This document shows positions 9,386-20,504 of a stretch of DNA of 64,000 nt, piece by piece. The position numbers and the translations under genes were made by a program. This stretch comes from an uncultured Gemmatimonadaceae bacterium (lineage in GTDB: Bacteria; Gemmatimonadota; Gemmatimonadetes; Gemmatimonadales; Gemmatimonadaceae). The DNA lies in NCBI GenBank assembly GCA_963781585.1, contig CAWAGQ010000005.1:382199-446198 (forward strand), given 5' to 3'. Under the pieces are notes generated by a model. It was not told where the DNA came from and made no database searches. It saw nothing but the letters and a program-made list of their open reading frames with translations. Numbering within the stretch: position 1 is the first letter of the stretch; the number at the start of each line of letters is the position of its first letter.

Positions 9386-10960
9386 GTGACCGCACTGTTG
9401 CAGTCCATTGTGCCGCAGCCGGTGACCCGGATCGGCGAGCCGAATCGGGTGGCGATGATCTTCTTCTTCGTCTTCATCGCCATCACGCTGCTGATCACGT
9501 ACTGGGCCGCGCGCCGGACACGGACCACCGAGGAGTTCTACGCCGCCGGGCGCACCGTCAGCGCCGGACAAAACGGGTTTGCGCTGGCCGGCGACTACAT
9601 GAGCGCGGCGTCGTTCCTCGGGATCGCCGGGCTGGTGTCGACCAAGGGATTCGACGGGCTGATCTACTCCACCGGATGGCTGGTGGGGTGGCCGGTGGTG
9701 CTCTTCCTCATCGCCGAGCCGCTGCGCAACCTGGGCCGATACACATTCGCAGACGTGGTGGCGACCCGCCTGCGCCAGGGTCCGGTGCGGATGGCGGCCG
9801 CGCTCGGCACGCTGGCCACCGTCTCGCTGTATCTGATCGCGCAGATGGTGGGCGCGGGCGGGCTGATCAAGCTCATGTTCGGGCTGTCGTACGAGAGTGC
9901 GATCGTGATCGTCGGATTGGCGATGATGGCCTACGTGCTGTTCGGGGGGATGATCGCCACTACGTGGGTGCAGATCGTCAAGGCGGCGCTGCTGCTGTGC
10001 GGCGCGGTGCTGCTGGCGCTGCTGGTCCTGGGTCGGTTCGGCATGAACCCGGTCGCGCTGTTCCGGGCGGCGGCGGCGTCGTATGGCGACGGCGTGCTGG
10101 CGCCCGGAGGACTGGTGTCGAAACCGCTCGATGCCGTTTCGTTAGGCATGGCGCTGATGTTCGGTACGGCGGGCCTGCCCCACATCCTGATGCGGTTCTA
10201 TACCGTTCCCGATGCGCGAGCGGCGCGGAAGTCGGTGTTCTACGCCACCGGGCTGATCGGGTTCTTCTATCTGATGACCTTCGTCCTCGGGTTCGGTGCC
10301 ATGGTGCTGGTCGGGCCGTCGGCGATCACGGCGGTGGACAAGGGCGGCAACATGGCGGCACCGCTGCTGGCGGAGGTGCTGGGGGGAACGCCGTTCCTGG
10401 GTTTCATCGCGGCGGTAGCGTTCGCGACCATTCTGGCGGTGGTGGCCGGACTGACTCTTTCCGGGGCCGCGGCGCTGTCACACGATCTGTGGGTGAGCGT
10501 GGTGCGTGGCGGGCGCGCCACCCCGCACGAACAGCTGCGCGTGGCGCGCATCGCGACGGTTCTGCTTGGAGGGCTGGCGATCTTCCTCGGGATCGCGTTC
10601 AAGGGGCAGAACGTGGCGTACATGGTGTCGCTGGCCTTCGCGATCGCCGCCAGCGGCAACTTCCCGGCGCTGCTCCTGTCGATCTACTGGCGCCGATGCA
10701 CGACCAGCGGTGTGGTGTCGAGCATGGTCGTGGGAACGGTTGCTTCGCTCGTGCTGATCTATCTCTCTCCCACGATTCAGGTGGACATCCTCAAACATGC
10801 GGCTGCTGCCTTTCCACTCCGAAATCCTGCGCTGGTGACAATTCCCCTGTCATTTCTCACGGCGATTGTCGTGTCGCTCCTCACCGGCGATCGAGCCACC
10901 CGCGATGCCTATTCGCGCGTGGAGCGGCAAATGCACGTGGGCGTGCAAGCGGAGGCGTGA
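9386..10960 (+). CDS. actP: Cation/acetate symporter (SSS family)
   Basis: QNGFALAGDYMSAASFLG, ATTWVQIVKA, GTAGLPHILMRFYTVP. Confidence 0.9.
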   Translation: MTALLQSIVPQPVTRIGEPNRVAMIFFFVFIAITLLITYWAARRTRTTEEFYAAGRTVSAGQNGFALAGDYMSAASFLGIAGLVSTKGFDGLIYSTGWLVGWPVVLFLIAEPLRNLGRYTFADVVATRLRQGPVRMAAALGTLATVSLYLIAQMVGAGGLIKLMFGLSYESAIVIVGLAMMAYVLFGGMIATTWVQIVKAALLLCGAVLLALLVLGRFGMNPVALFRAAAASYGDGVLAPGGLVSKPLDAVSLGMALMFGTAGLPHILMRFYTVPDARAARKSVFYATGLIGFFYLMTFVLGFGAMVLVGPSAITAVDKGGNMAAPLLAEVLGGTPFLGFIAAVAFATILAVVAGLTLSGAAALSHDLWVSVVRGGRATPHEQLRVARIATVLLGGLAIFLGIAFKGQNVAYMVSLAFAIAASGNFPALLLSIYWRRCTTSGVVSSMVVGTVASLVLIYLSPTIQVDILKHAAAAFPLRNPALVTIPLSFLTAIVVSLLTGDRATRDAYSRVERQMHVGVQAEA

Positions 10961-11104
10961 GCTTCGCTACTGCCCGGCGCACCGCGACCTGCGGTGGGCG
11001 CCGAACCAGCACCAGGATACTGGCGGATACGTCGCGCACGTGCTGTTTCCGGCACGTGACGGGCGTCGCCATCCCGTCCCGCCTTCATCGTTAACTTCCG
11101 CGCC

Positions 11105-13264
11105 ATGGTCGTTGATCGGACAAGGATTCCATACCTTCCGGAGCGCATCGAAGGCCTCGCCATCGTCGCCACGAATATCGCGTGGAGCTGGAACAGGGAC
11201 GCCCGGCGCCTCTTCCAGCTCATCGATGACCCGCTCTGGCATCTCACGCGCCACAATCCGATCGCCATTTTCCGTCGGATCGACCCCCAGCGGTTGAACG
11301 ACTGCGCCCGGGACCCGGCGTTTCTCGAGCTCTACGACCGTGTGATGACGGAGCTCGATCTCCTTCGCACCACCCACGGCACGTGGATGGCACGCGAATA
11401 TCCGGACATCGACCAGACACGACCGGTGGCGTACTTCTGCGCCGAGTTCGGGCTGCACAACTCGGTCCCGATCTACTCCGGAGGGCTGGGCGTGCTGGCC
11501 GGCGATCACTGCAAGAGCGCCTCCGATCTGGGTGTCCCGCTGACCGGTATCGGCCTGTTCTACACGAAGGGCTATTTCGACCAGCAATTGCGGCTGGACG
11601 GATGGCAGGAGGACTCGGACGAGCAGTTCGACGTGATGAACACGCCGCTCGAACGGGTGTACGGCGCCGGTCGCGAGGCACACCTCACGAGTGTGCTCAC
11701 CAGCGGCCGGGAGATCTTCATCGGCGCCTGGCGCATGCTGGTGGGGAGGGTGCCGGTGTACCTGCTCGACACCGATCTCGAACAGAATCACCCCGACGAC
11801 CGCGAACTCACGTCGAAGCTGTACGCCGGCGGTCCCGAGGTCCGGCTGCGAACAGGAGTGGATCCTGGGTGTGGGCGGCGTGCGCGTGTTGCGGGCAATG
11901 GGCGTCGCTCCTGCGGCCTGGCATGCCAACGAAGGCCATGCGGCCTTCATGATGGTGGAGCGTGCGCGGGAACTGGTGGCGGCGGGCGACACCTTCGAGG
12001 GAGCCATGCGGGATGTGCGGGCGCGCTCGATCTTCACGACGCACACGCCGGTTCCAGCGGGCCACGACACGTTCTCGGTGGGGCAGGTGGAACAATGCAC
12101 GGGCCGGTCTGGGAGACGCTGGGGGTGGACCGCGAGACGTTCTTCGCGATCGGCCGGCATCCGGAGCAGGCGCAGGATCAGTTTCACATGACGGTAGCAG
12201 CCATCCGGATGTCGAAGTTCGTGAATGGCGTTTCACGGCGGCACGGTGAGGTTTCCCGCCAGCTCTGGGCGCCGCTCTGGCCGGGCCGTTCGGTGGAGGA
12301 GGTCCCTATCGGGTGCATCACCAACGGAGTGCATCTGGCCACCTGGATGACGCGGGACATGATGGGCCTGCTGGATGCGCAGTTCGGGGCCGACTGGGGG
12401 AGGCAGGTTGACGAGCCGCAGTTCTGGGACCGGATGCTGGAGCTGGACGACGAGCGGCTCTGGCAGTTGCGCACCGCACTGAAGTCGGCGCTCCTGAACT
12501 TCGTGCGCGAGGAGGCGCGGCGTCGCTGGGCGCGTCACTGGAAGGAGGCGACGCACGTGGTAGGCGCCGGGACGCTTCTCAACCCGAAGGCGTTCACGAT
12601 CGGGTTCGCGCGACGATTCGCGACGTACAAGCGCGCGGACCTCATCTTCCGGGACATCGAACGCCTGCGGGTGCTGCTTGTGAACCCCGCGCGTCCGGTG
12701 CAGATCATCTTTGCCGGGAAGGCGCACCCGGCCGATACGCCGGGGAAAGAGGTGCTGCGCACGGTGTACGGATTCACACGCGACCCGCGGCTGGAAGGAC
12801 GGGTGGCCTTTCTCGAGGACTACGAGCTCCATCTGGCGCATCGACTGGTGCAGGGCGTGGACCTCTGGCTCAACCTGCCACGGGTGCCATTCGAGGCGAG
12901 CGGGACGAGCGGCATGAAAGCGGGACTGAACGGCGTGCCGCAGGTCTCCACGCTCGACGGCTGGTGGCACGAGGGATACGAGGGACTCAACGGGTGGGCG
13001 ATCCCGCCGGCATCGTCGCGGTCGACGCCTGACGAGTGGGATGCCGATCAGCTGTATCGGCTGCTGGAAGAACAGGTTGTTCCGCTCTACTATACGCGAG
13101 ATGAGCGGGATGTCCCGGTGGGGTGGGTGGAGAAGATGAAGCACGCCATCCGCGTCGCGGGCCAGCAATTCACGGCCCGTCGCATGCTGCGTGAGTACGT
13201 GACGCGGTGTTATGGGCCGGCCATGCGCGGCAATAACATCCCCGATGATCCGCCCGGAGGTTGA
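11105..13264 (+). CDS. glgP: Alpha-glucan (glycogen) phosphorylase; two compensating frameshifts (~11851, ~12103)
   Basis: YSGGLGVLAGDH, ARRFATYKRA, EASGTSGMKA; the conserved QEWILG...NEGHAAF...FTTHTPVPAGHD segment is in the alternative frame. Confidence 0.92.
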   Translation: MVVDRTRIPYLPERIEGLAIVATNIAWSWNRDARRLFQLIDDPLWHLTRHNPIAIFRRIDPQRLNDCARDPAFLELYDRVMTELDLLRTTHGTWMAREYPDIDQTRPVAYFCAEFGLHNSVPIYSGGLGVLAGDHCKSASDLGVPLTGIGLFYTKGYFDQQLRLDGWQEDSDEQFDVMNTPLERVYGAGREAHLTSVLTSGREIFIGAWRMLVGRVPVYLLDTDLEQNHPDDRELTSKLYAGGPEVRLRTGVDPGCGRRARVAGNGRRSCGLACQRRPCGLHDGGACAGTGGGGRHLRGSHAGCAGALDLHDAHAGSSGPRHVLGGAGGTMHGPVWETLGVDRETFFAIGRHPEQAQDQFHMTVAAIRMSKFVNGVSRRHGEVSRQLWAPLWPGRSVEEVPIGCITNGVHLATWMTRDMMGLLDAQFGADWGRQVDEPQFWDRMLELDDERLWQLRTALKSALLNFVREEARRRWARHWKEATHVVGAGTLLNPKAFTIGFARRFATYKRADLIFRDIERLRVLLVNPARPVQIIFAGKAHPADTPGKEVLRTVYGFTRDPRLEGRVAFLEDYELHLAHRLVQGVDLWLNLPRVPFEASGTSGMKAGLNGVPQVSTLDGWWHEGYEGLNGWAIPPASSRSTPDEWDADQLYRLLEEQVVPLYYTRDERDVPVGWVEKMKHAIRVAGQQFTARRMLREYVTRCYGPAMRGNNIPDDPPGG

Positions 13265-13304
13265 GCGGCAGGCGTGATGACCGAGGGTGAGGGGGAGACG
13301 GGCG

Positions 13305-14924
13305 ATGGCAGGGAAACGGAAGACTCCGGAGAGCGCACCAGGAGCACCGGAACGACCCCGTCGGCAGCGGCGGGCCCCGGCAGTCGTGCCCGTTGTGCCG
13401 GTGCCGCGTCCCGTAGTTCCTAACGAGTCTCCGCTGGTCGCCCCATCCGGCGAGCCGGTTACCGTGGTTCACCTTGCGGCTGAGCTCGCGCCCTTCGCGC
13501 GGACCGGGGGCCTTGGCGAGGCGGTGTCGAGTCTGGCGCACTACCAGGCCCTGACCGGGCTCGCCGCGGTCATCGTGATGCCGTTGTACCGGCAGGTTCG
13601 GGACGTGGTGTCCGACCTGGTTCCCGTGGGAGAGCCGTTCCCCGTGACGGTCGGGCCGCGAACCGAGCTGGCGCGGCTCTACGAGTCGCGGGCGCTCCAG
13701 TCGAACCCGGCGGAGGGCAAGCCGCGCATCCTGTTCGTCGAGAACGCGGAGTACTTCGACCGGGACCATATCTACGGAACGTCGCAGGGGGACTATCCGG
13801 ACAATCATCGGCGGTTCGCGTTCTTCTGCTTCGCCGCCCTGAACGCGCTCCCGTCGATTGCCGGGAAGCCGGTGATTCTCCACGCGCACGACTGGCATGC
13901 GGCTCTGGCGCCGGTGTACCTGCGCGTCTTCGACGGGGGTCCCGGGCGCGAGTTCTATCGAAACACGTCGTCGGTACTGACGGTGCATAACGCGGGTTTT
14001 CAGGGGCAGTTCGCGCCCGACGTACTCGCCGACCTGGGGCTTCCCTGGGAGCTGTACAATTTTGCCCAGCTGGAGTGGTACGGACGGGTGAACATCCTGA
14101 AGGGGGGCCTGGCATTCGCCGACGCCGTGTCTACGGTGAGCCCTACGCATGCGCACGAACTACGCACGCCGGCCGGCGGCTTCGGCCTGCACGACGCATT
14201 CATCAGCCTGCGCGAGCGCTTCGTCGGTATCGTCAACGGCATCGATCAGCGCGAATGGAATCCGGAGACGGACCCCGTCATTACCAGTCGCTATAGCCGC
14301 GAGGACCTGTCGGGGAAGAAGCGATGCAAGAGTGCGCTTCAGCGGATCTTCGGGCTGCCACAGCGGTCGCGGGTGCCGATTTTCGGCATGAGCGCCCGAA
14401 TGGTCTATCAGAAGGGCCTCGATCTCATTCTGGGCAGCCCCCGGTTCCTCTCGCTCGACGCACAGTTCCTGTTCCTGGGGCAGGGCGAGAAGCGGTACGT
14501 GGATACGCTCACCGAGCTGGCGCTTCGGGCCCCGGGACGGATCGGCGTGCAGACCGATTTCACCAGTGTGCAGGAACATCGGTTGATGGCCGGCGCCGAT
14601 GTGATCATCATGCCTTCGCAGTATGAGCCGTGCGGCCTTACCCAGATGCGGGCGCAGCGCTATGGCGCACTGCCGGTGGCGCGGCGTGTTGGCGGGCTGG
14701 CCGACACCATCGAGGACGGAGTCACCGGATTCCTTTTCGATGACTTCAGCACCAGCGATTTTCTTTCGGCGTGCGTGCGCGCGATCGACCACTACCAGCA
14801 TCCCGCGACGTGGAATCCCATGCAGCGGGAAGCGATGTCGCGCGACTTCGGCTGGGAGCGATCGGAGCAGAAGTATCTGGAGCTGTACCGCCGGGTGCTG
14901 GCATCGCCGCGATTCCGCCGGTGA
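13305..14924 (+). CDS. glgA: Glycogen synthase (GT5)
   Basis: ELAPFARTGGLG, HAHDWH, TVHNAGFQG, YEPCGLTQM, GGLADTI. Confidence 0.92.
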   Translation: MAGKRKTPESAPGAPERPRRQRRAPAVVPVVPVPRPVVPNESPLVAPSGEPVTVVHLAAELAPFARTGGLGEAVSSLAHYQALTGLAAVIVMPLYRQVRDVVSDLVPVGEPFPVTVGPRTELARLYESRALQSNPAEGKPRILFVENAEYFDRDHIYGTSQGDYPDNHRRFAFFCFAALNALPSIAGKPVILHAHDWHAALAPVYLRVFDGGPGREFYRNTSSVLTVHNAGFQGQFAPDVLADLGLPWELYNFAQLEWYGRVNILKGGLAFADAVSTVSPTHAHELRTPAGGFGLHDAFISLRERFVGIVNGIDQREWNPETDPVITSRYSREDLSGKKRCKSALQRIFGLPQRSRVPIFGMSARMVYQKGLDLILGSPRFLSLDAQFLFLGQGEKRYVDTLTELALRAPGRIGVQTDFTSVQEHRLMAGADVIIMPSQYEPCGLTQMRAQRYGALPVARRVGGLADTIEDGVTGFLFDDFSTSDFLSACVRAIDHYQHPATWNPMQREAMSRDFGWERSEQKYLELYRRVLASPRFRR

Positions 14925-15062
14925 ACGGGCAATGCATCGGTTTCAGGCGACTGTTGACCCGTGGCTGACGGCGATTGCCGCTGGCCATGACCTCGACGCC
15001 GGAAACATCAACGCAGGTCCCGCCGTCGGATCGGATGGCTTCCTTGAACGCGGGACGCTTCC

Positions 15063-16205
15063 ATGAAATGGTCGTGGCGAATCGGCCGCGTGGCCGGGAT
15101 CGTGATCGAAATCCACGTCACGTTTCTCTTCCTGCTGCTGTGGATCGCACTCGTCGAGCAGCAGCGCGGTGGGACCGCGGCGTCCATCGCCGGGGCCCTG
15201 CTGTTCACGGTGGCGGTGTTCGTGTCCGTCGTGTTGCACGAATATGGCCACTCGCTCACCGCCCGACGTTTCGGCGTGCGGACGCGCAGCATCACGATCC
15301 TTCCCATCGGTGGTGTGTCGTCGCTCGAACGCATTCCGTCCGAGCCGCGTCAGGAACTGGCCATTGCCCTCGCCGGGCCGGCGGTAACGGTCGCCATCGT
15401 GGTGCTGTTGTTCCTGGTCCTCCTGGTCACCGGCCGGCCGGTCCTCGTGAAGGATCTGAGCTTCAGTGGTAGTCAGTTCCTGGCTCGGCTCATGTGGGTA
15501 AACGTCGTGCTGGCGGTATTCAACGTCCTGCCGGCGTTCCCGATGGACGGTGGACGGGTGCTCCGCGCCGCGCTGGCGCTGCGGATGGAGTACGCCCGCG
15601 CCACCAGAGTGGCCGCCACGATTGGGCGCGCATTCGCGGTCCTGTTCGCCATCGCAGGGTTCTTCAGCAATCCGTTTCTCGTCTTCATCGCGATCTTTGT
15701 CTGGATGGGCGCAACCGGCGAGAACTGGAGCGCACAGCTGCAATCGGCATTGCGCGGCTTGCCGGTGGAACGCGTGATGATCCGCGACCTTCGTACTCTT
15801 GCTCCGAACGACACGCTGGGACGTGCGGTGGAGCATCTCCTGGCCGGTTTCCAGCAGGACTTTCCGGTGCTCGACGGAGAGCACCTGGTAGGCGTATTGC
15901 CGCGCACCGATCTGATGAAGGCGTTGGCGCAGCGCGGCCCTGAAGCGCCGGTTCACGGGGCGATGCGCTCGGACTTCCCGATCGCTCATCCCGAAGAGCC
16001 GCTGGACGAGGCTTTTACGCGCCTGCAGCAGGCGAAATGCCATACGATGCCCGTGGTGAAGGGAGGCGTGCTGCAGGGGGTGCTGACGCTGGACAACGTG
16101 GGAGAATTCTTCATGGTGCAGGGGGCGGCGGGGAATCAGCGCGCGCGTTCCACAGGTCGGACGGCAGAGACCGGTCGCCGGCATCCTGCCGTCAGTCACC
16201 GGTAG
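15063..16205 (+). CDS. Site-2 protease (M50) with CBS pair
   Basis: HEYGH, NVLPAFPMDGGR, two CBS repeats. Confidence 0.92.
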   Translation: MKWSWRIGRVAGIVIEIHVTFLFLLLWIALVEQQRGGTAASIAGALLFTVAVFVSVVLHEYGHSLTARRFGVRTRSITILPIGGVSSLERIPSEPRQELAIALAGPAVTVAIVVLLFLVLLVTGRPVLVKDLSFSGSQFLARLMWVNVVLAVFNVLPAFPMDGGRVLRAALALRMEYARATRVAATIGRAFAVLFAIAGFFSNPFLVFIAIFVWMGATGENWSAQLQSALRGLPVERVMIRDLRTLAPNDTLGRAVEHLLAGFQQDFPVLDGEHLVGVLPRTDLMKALAQRGPEAPVHGAMRSDFPIAHPEEPLDEAFTRLQQAKCHTMPVVKGGVLQGVLTLDNVGEFFMVQGAAGNQRARSTGRTAETGRRHPAVSHR

Positions 16206-16261
16206 GCGCTGATGGGCGGTTACCGATCAGTGGGCGATCCTTGATCTTTCGCCCCTGATGA

Positions 16262-18421
16262 TTGGCCGCTGGTTCCCAGGTGAACCCCCGACCTCCGACC
16301 CACTTGGCATCTCTCGTCATTCACGGCCACTTCTATCAGCCACCGCGCGAGAATCCGTTTCTCGACGAGGTCGAGGCGGAGTTGTCGGCTGGACCATATC
16401 ACGACTGGAACCAGCGGATCGAGCGCGAATGCTATCGGGCGGTGGTAGCCGCCCGCGTAACCGGGCACGACGGCCGAATCGCGCGCATCGTCAATACGCT
16501 CGAGTGGATCTCCTTCAACTTCGGCCCGACGCTGCTCGAATGGCTGGAACGTGAGGCGAACGACACATATCGATCGATCCTGGCCGCGGATGACGCGAGC
16601 CGAAATCGGCTCGCTGGTCACGGCAATGCGATAGCCCAGCCGTATCATCACACCATCCTGCCACTGGCCTCGCGGCGCGACAAGCAGACCGAAGTGCGGT
16701 GGGGGATGGCAGACTTTCGCCGACGCTACGGTCGCGAACCCGAGGGGATGTGGCTCCCCGAGACCGCGGTGGACGACGAAACGCTGGACGTCCTCGCCGC
16801 CGAGGGAATCCGCTTCACCATTCTGGCGCCACACCAGCTGGTGCCGGTGCCGCCACTGGGTCGCCCGGGGCGGTATCGCACGTCGGGCGGCCGCAGCATC
16901 GCCCTCTTCACCTATGATGGATCTCTTTCCCACGGGATCGCCTTCGGCGGACTCCTGCACGACGCCGATGCCTGGGTGAGCCGGATGGCCACGGCCGGGT
17001 CACACCTGGCAATGGAGGACGGAGTGGGCGACGCCAGAGCGGCGGGACAGGAGAGTCCTCAGAGACGTGCGCCGGAAGAAGACCGGCCGACTGCCGCCAA
17101 GACGCCGGAGCTGCTGCTCGCCATGGCAACGGATGGCGAAACGTACGGCCATCATCACCGATTCGGCGAAATGGCGCTGGCGCACGCGGTGGAGAAGATG
17201 CGTGCGGCGCAGTGGCGCGTCGAGAATTTCGCGTCGTTCCTTGCGCGCTCCCCCGCCACCGTTGACGTGGCGATCGTCACACCAAGCGCATGGAGCTGCG
17301 TGCATGGTGTGGAGCGGTGGCGGTCGAACTGTGGCTGCCGACTCGACGGTGGGCGCAATCCGAGCCAGGCGTGGCGAGCACCGCTGCGACAGGGACTGGA
17401 GAAGGTCGCCGCCAGGGTGCACGCCGTTTTCGAGGAGGAAGGGCGCGCCTTGTTCGACGATCCGTGGCGGGTGCGCGACGGGTACGGTGCGGTCGTGGCG
17501 GGGGGCGCAGACGAGCTCGCACGATTCGCCGGGGAGCGCGTTCGCCATCCGGCGTCCGTGGAACAGCTCGTACGGGCACGGGAGCTGCTCGAGATGGAAC
17601 GCGATACCCTGCGCATGTTCACCTCGTGTGCCTGGTTCTTCGACGATATCGGAGGATTGGAGGCACGCCAGGTCCTCCGCTACGCGGCGCGCGCGATCGA
17701 CCTGGCGGGAAGGGACCGCGACCGGCTCGAGGTACAGCTCCTCGACGAGCTCTCGATGGCGGGCAGCAACGACGCGGCTCTCGGTAGCGGCAGCGACGTA
17801 TACCGCGCGGCCACCCGGGTGGCTGCTCCGGCTCCGGTTCGGATCGCCGCGGCGGCGATGGCCGGACTGCATGCTGGCGCACAGGCCGTGGTGCGCACCG
17901 GGAACGCCGAGGTGGAGATCGCGGGGGACACCGTTCGGGTGACGGAGTCCCGTACGGGCCGCCGTCATCAGCTGCGCGCGCGGGTCGTGCGCTCCTCACA
18001 CACCGAGGTCGTGACCGAGGTGGCCGACGAGCAGGACGTCCGATACCGACTCTCGCTGGCTGACCTGCCGGAGCGCCCCCGCCACGCCATTCGATCCCGG
18101 TTGAGGCGGTCCATTCTGCCCGGCTGCCTGACGCCGGGCGAGATCGACCTGCTGCTGGTGGGCGACGTGACACTGGGCGGATTGGTGCGCGTGGCCCTGG
18201 TCCGGACGGTGAAGCGGCTGGAGCAGGATCACGACGGGGAGGCGCTGCAGCTGGTCAACGCGCTCCTCGATCTGATCGAACAGTCCGAGGGCAAGGTTCC
18301 CTTCGACGCGCAGACCGCCTTCTGGCGTATCTGGCAGCGTGCCAATCGGGAGCGACGCGCGGATCTGCACGAACTCCACGTGCGGCTGGGGTTCGTGGAC
18401 AGCGAAACAGGCGACGCCTGA
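16262..18421 (+). CDS. GH57 family protein with DUF3536
   Basis: HGHFYQPPRENP, GMWLPETAVD, TDGETYGHH, WSCVHGVERW, MFTSCAWFFDD. Confidence 0.9.
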   Translation: MAAGSQVNPRPPTHLASLVIHGHFYQPPRENPFLDEVEAELSAGPYHDWNQRIERECYRAVVAARVTGHDGRIARIVNTLEWISFNFGPTLLEWLEREANDTYRSILAADDASRNRLAGHGNAIAQPYHHTILPLASRRDKQTEVRWGMADFRRRYGREPEGMWLPETAVDDETLDVLAAEGIRFTILAPHQLVPVPPLGRPGRYRTSGGRSIALFTYDGSLSHGIAFGGLLHDADAWVSRMATAGSHLAMEDGVGDARAAGQESPQRRAPEEDRPTAAKTPELLLAMATDGETYGHHHRFGEMALAHAVEKMRAAQWRVENFASFLARSPATVDVAIVTPSAWSCVHGVERWRSNCGCRLDGGRNPSQAWRAPLRQGLEKVAARVHAVFEEEGRALFDDPWRVRDGYGAVVAGGADELARFAGERVRHPASVEQLVRARELLEMERDTLRMFTSCAWFFDDIGGLEARQVLRYAARAIDLAGRDRDRLEVQLLDELSMAGSNDAALGSGSDVYRAATRVAAPAPVRIAAAAMAGLHAGAQAVVRTGNAEVEIAGDTVRVTESRTGRRHQLRARVVRSSHTEVVTEVADEQDVRYRLSLADLPERPRHAIRSRLRRSILPGCLTPGEIDLLLVGDVTLGGLVRVALVRTVKRLEQDHDGEALQLVNALLDLIEQSEGKVPFDAQTAFWRIWQRANRERRADLHELHVRLGFVDSETGDA

Positions 18422-18434
18422 AGGCCGCGAGCCG

Positions 18435-20504
18435 ATGACCGCGATCCGGTTCTGCTTCGGACTGCACCTGCACCAGCCGGTGGGGAACTTCGACCACGTA
18501 ATCGAGCAGCACGTACGCGACGTGTACCGGCCATTCCTCGAACGCATCCGGGTGCACGGGTTCCTGCCGGTGGCGCTGCACATCTCGGGACCGCTGCTGG
18601 ACTGGCTCGAGAAACGCGATCATCGCTTTCTCGATCTGCTGGGCGATCTGACCGCGGACGGAAAGATCGAATGGTTGCTGGCAGGCTACGACGAGCCCGT
18701 GCTGGCGGCGCTACCGCGTGTTGACCGCCTGGAACAGATCGCGTGGATGCGCGAGGCGCTTCGGGCACGCTACGGAGCCGCGGCCACTGGTCTGTGGCTC
18801 ACTGAGCGGGTGTGGGAGCCGGACCTGGCTGCCGACCTGCACGACGCCGGTGTGCGCTTCGCGCTGGTCGACGACCGGCACTTCGTGGTCACCGGCTTCC
18901 GACGCGACCAGCTGCACGCGCCGTACTGGACGGAACACGGAGGGAAGCAGCTGGCGCTCTTTCCGATCGACGAGCGACTGCGGTACCTGATCCCCTTCGA
19001 GGCGGTTGCGGAAACGGGGAACTACCTGCGCGGGCTGCGAGAGGCTGGTCACCGGCTGGCCGTGCTGGCGGACGACGGGGAGAAATTCGGCGGATGGCCG
19101 GGCACGAAGGAGTGGGTCTACGATCGTGGGTGGCTGGATGGGTTCTTCGCGGCGATGCACGAGCAGGTCTCCAATGGCGACGTGGTCCTCTCCACCTTCG
19201 CCGATGCGCTCGACACGGTGCCGAGCGGCGGCATCGCGTATCTGCCGACCGCGAGCTATCGCGAGATGGAAGCCTGGTCACTGCCGACGGCGCAAGCGCA
19301 ACGGCTCACCGCACTCGAACAGCAGCTTGGGGCCGACCGCATGGCGGGGCCGGATGGCGCGCTGGTGCGGGGCGCGCACTGGAAGAACTTCTTCGTCAAG
19401 TATTCGGAAGCGAACCGGATGCACAAGAAGATGCTTGCGCTCTCGGTGCTGTGCCGCGAACGCGGCGATCCCGCTGCGGCGCGGCGCGCCGTCGGTCGCG
19501 CCCAGTGCAACGATGCGTACTGGCACGGGGTCTTTGGCGGCCTCTACCTGCCGTTTCTCCGGGCGGCTGTGTGGCGGAATCTGGCTGAAGCAGAGCGGCT
19601 CCTGCGTATGGGCGAGCCGCTCCGCGCGGAGGAGACGGACATCGATGGCGATGGTCACGCGGAGGTGTGGATCCACTCGGCCCACTTTTCGGCGGTCGTG
19701 AGTCCATATCGCGGCGGGGCGATCGAGGAGCTGACCCGGTTCTCGGTCGAGCCAGACACCGTCCCCGGTGCTTCGGAAGAGACACGTCCGGCAGCGGAAA
19801 GACACATCGACGCCGGGCCTGCAGACGTGCCAGCCGCTGCCGACGGCTCGCCGGTCGGCGCGAATCACGCGGATGTGCTCACGCGGCGCCGCGAAGCGTA
19901 TCACGTGCTGGCCGACCCATGGTACGAGGCGCAGACGAACGCCGAGGCAACCATGCCAGGGGCAACGGCGCCGAACGAACCTCAGTCGGCGGCGAGTACA
20001 CCCAGCATCCATGAGCTGGAGCACGGCTTTCGGCTTCGCGAACTGCCGGCCGTAGACCTCGACGATCGGGCGATCTTCATCGAGCGCGTGATCGCGGGCT
20101 CGGTGACGCGGGATGAGTTCGCGCGTGCGCAGTATCAGCCGGTGGCCTCGGCGGCACGGATCGCGATGGCCTGCCGCGTGCGTCGGTCGGAATCGCGCGT
20201 GGAGGTGGCGCTGGAAGCCCCGGACGGCCGGTTGCGCAAGACCCTGACGTTTCGACCGGATGGTAGAGTGCGCGCGGATTTCGTGTGGGACCAGCGGGCG
20301 TTTGCGGAGAGCGATTGGTTCACCATCGAGCTGTCCCTCGACCGTGCGCTCCCCGTGGCGTGCACGCCGAGCACCGAGGTGTGGGAGTATCCGATCGAGA
20401 CGGTATCCAAATCGGAGAAGGGATTGGATCGCGTGCGCCAGGGTGTCGCGGTGGTCGTGCGGTGGCCGGTGGCGCAGGGGCGGGGCAGCGTGGACCTGGG
20501 GTGA
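18435..20504 (+). CDS. GH57 alpha-amylase/4-alpha-glucanotransferase
   Basis: HLHQPVGNF, GLWLTERVWEP, DDGEKFGGWP, QCNDAYWHGVFGGLY. Confidence 0.92.
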   Translation: MTAIRFCFGLHLHQPVGNFDHVIEQHVRDVYRPFLERIRVHGFLPVALHISGPLLDWLEKRDHRFLDLLGDLTADGKIEWLLAGYDEPVLAALPRVDRLEQIAWMREALRARYGAAATGLWLTERVWEPDLAADLHDAGVRFALVDDRHFVVTGFRRDQLHAPYWTEHGGKQLALFPIDERLRYLIPFEAVAETGNYLRGLREAGHRLAVLADDGEKFGGWPGTKEWVYDRGWLDGFFAAMHEQVSNGDVVLSTFADALDTVPSGGIAYLPTASYREMEAWSLPTAQAQRLTALEQQLGADRMAGPDGALVRGAHWKNFFVKYSEANRMHKKMLALSVLCRERGDPAAARRAVGRAQCNDAYWHGVFGGLYLPFLRAAVWRNLAEAERLLRMGEPLRAEETDIDGDGHAEVWIHSAHFSAVVSPYRGGAIEELTRFSVEPDTVPGASEETRPAAERHIDAGPADVPAAADGSPVGANHADVLTRRREAYHVLADPWYEAQTNAEATMPGATAPNEPQSAASTPSIHELEHGFRLRELPAVDLDDRAIFIERVIAGSVTRDEFARAQYQPVASAARIAMACRVRRSESRVEVALEAPDGRLRKTLTFRPDGRVRADFVWDQRAFAESDWFTIELSLDRALPVACTPSTEVWEYPIETVSKSEKGLDRVRQGVAVVVRWPVAQGRGSVDLG

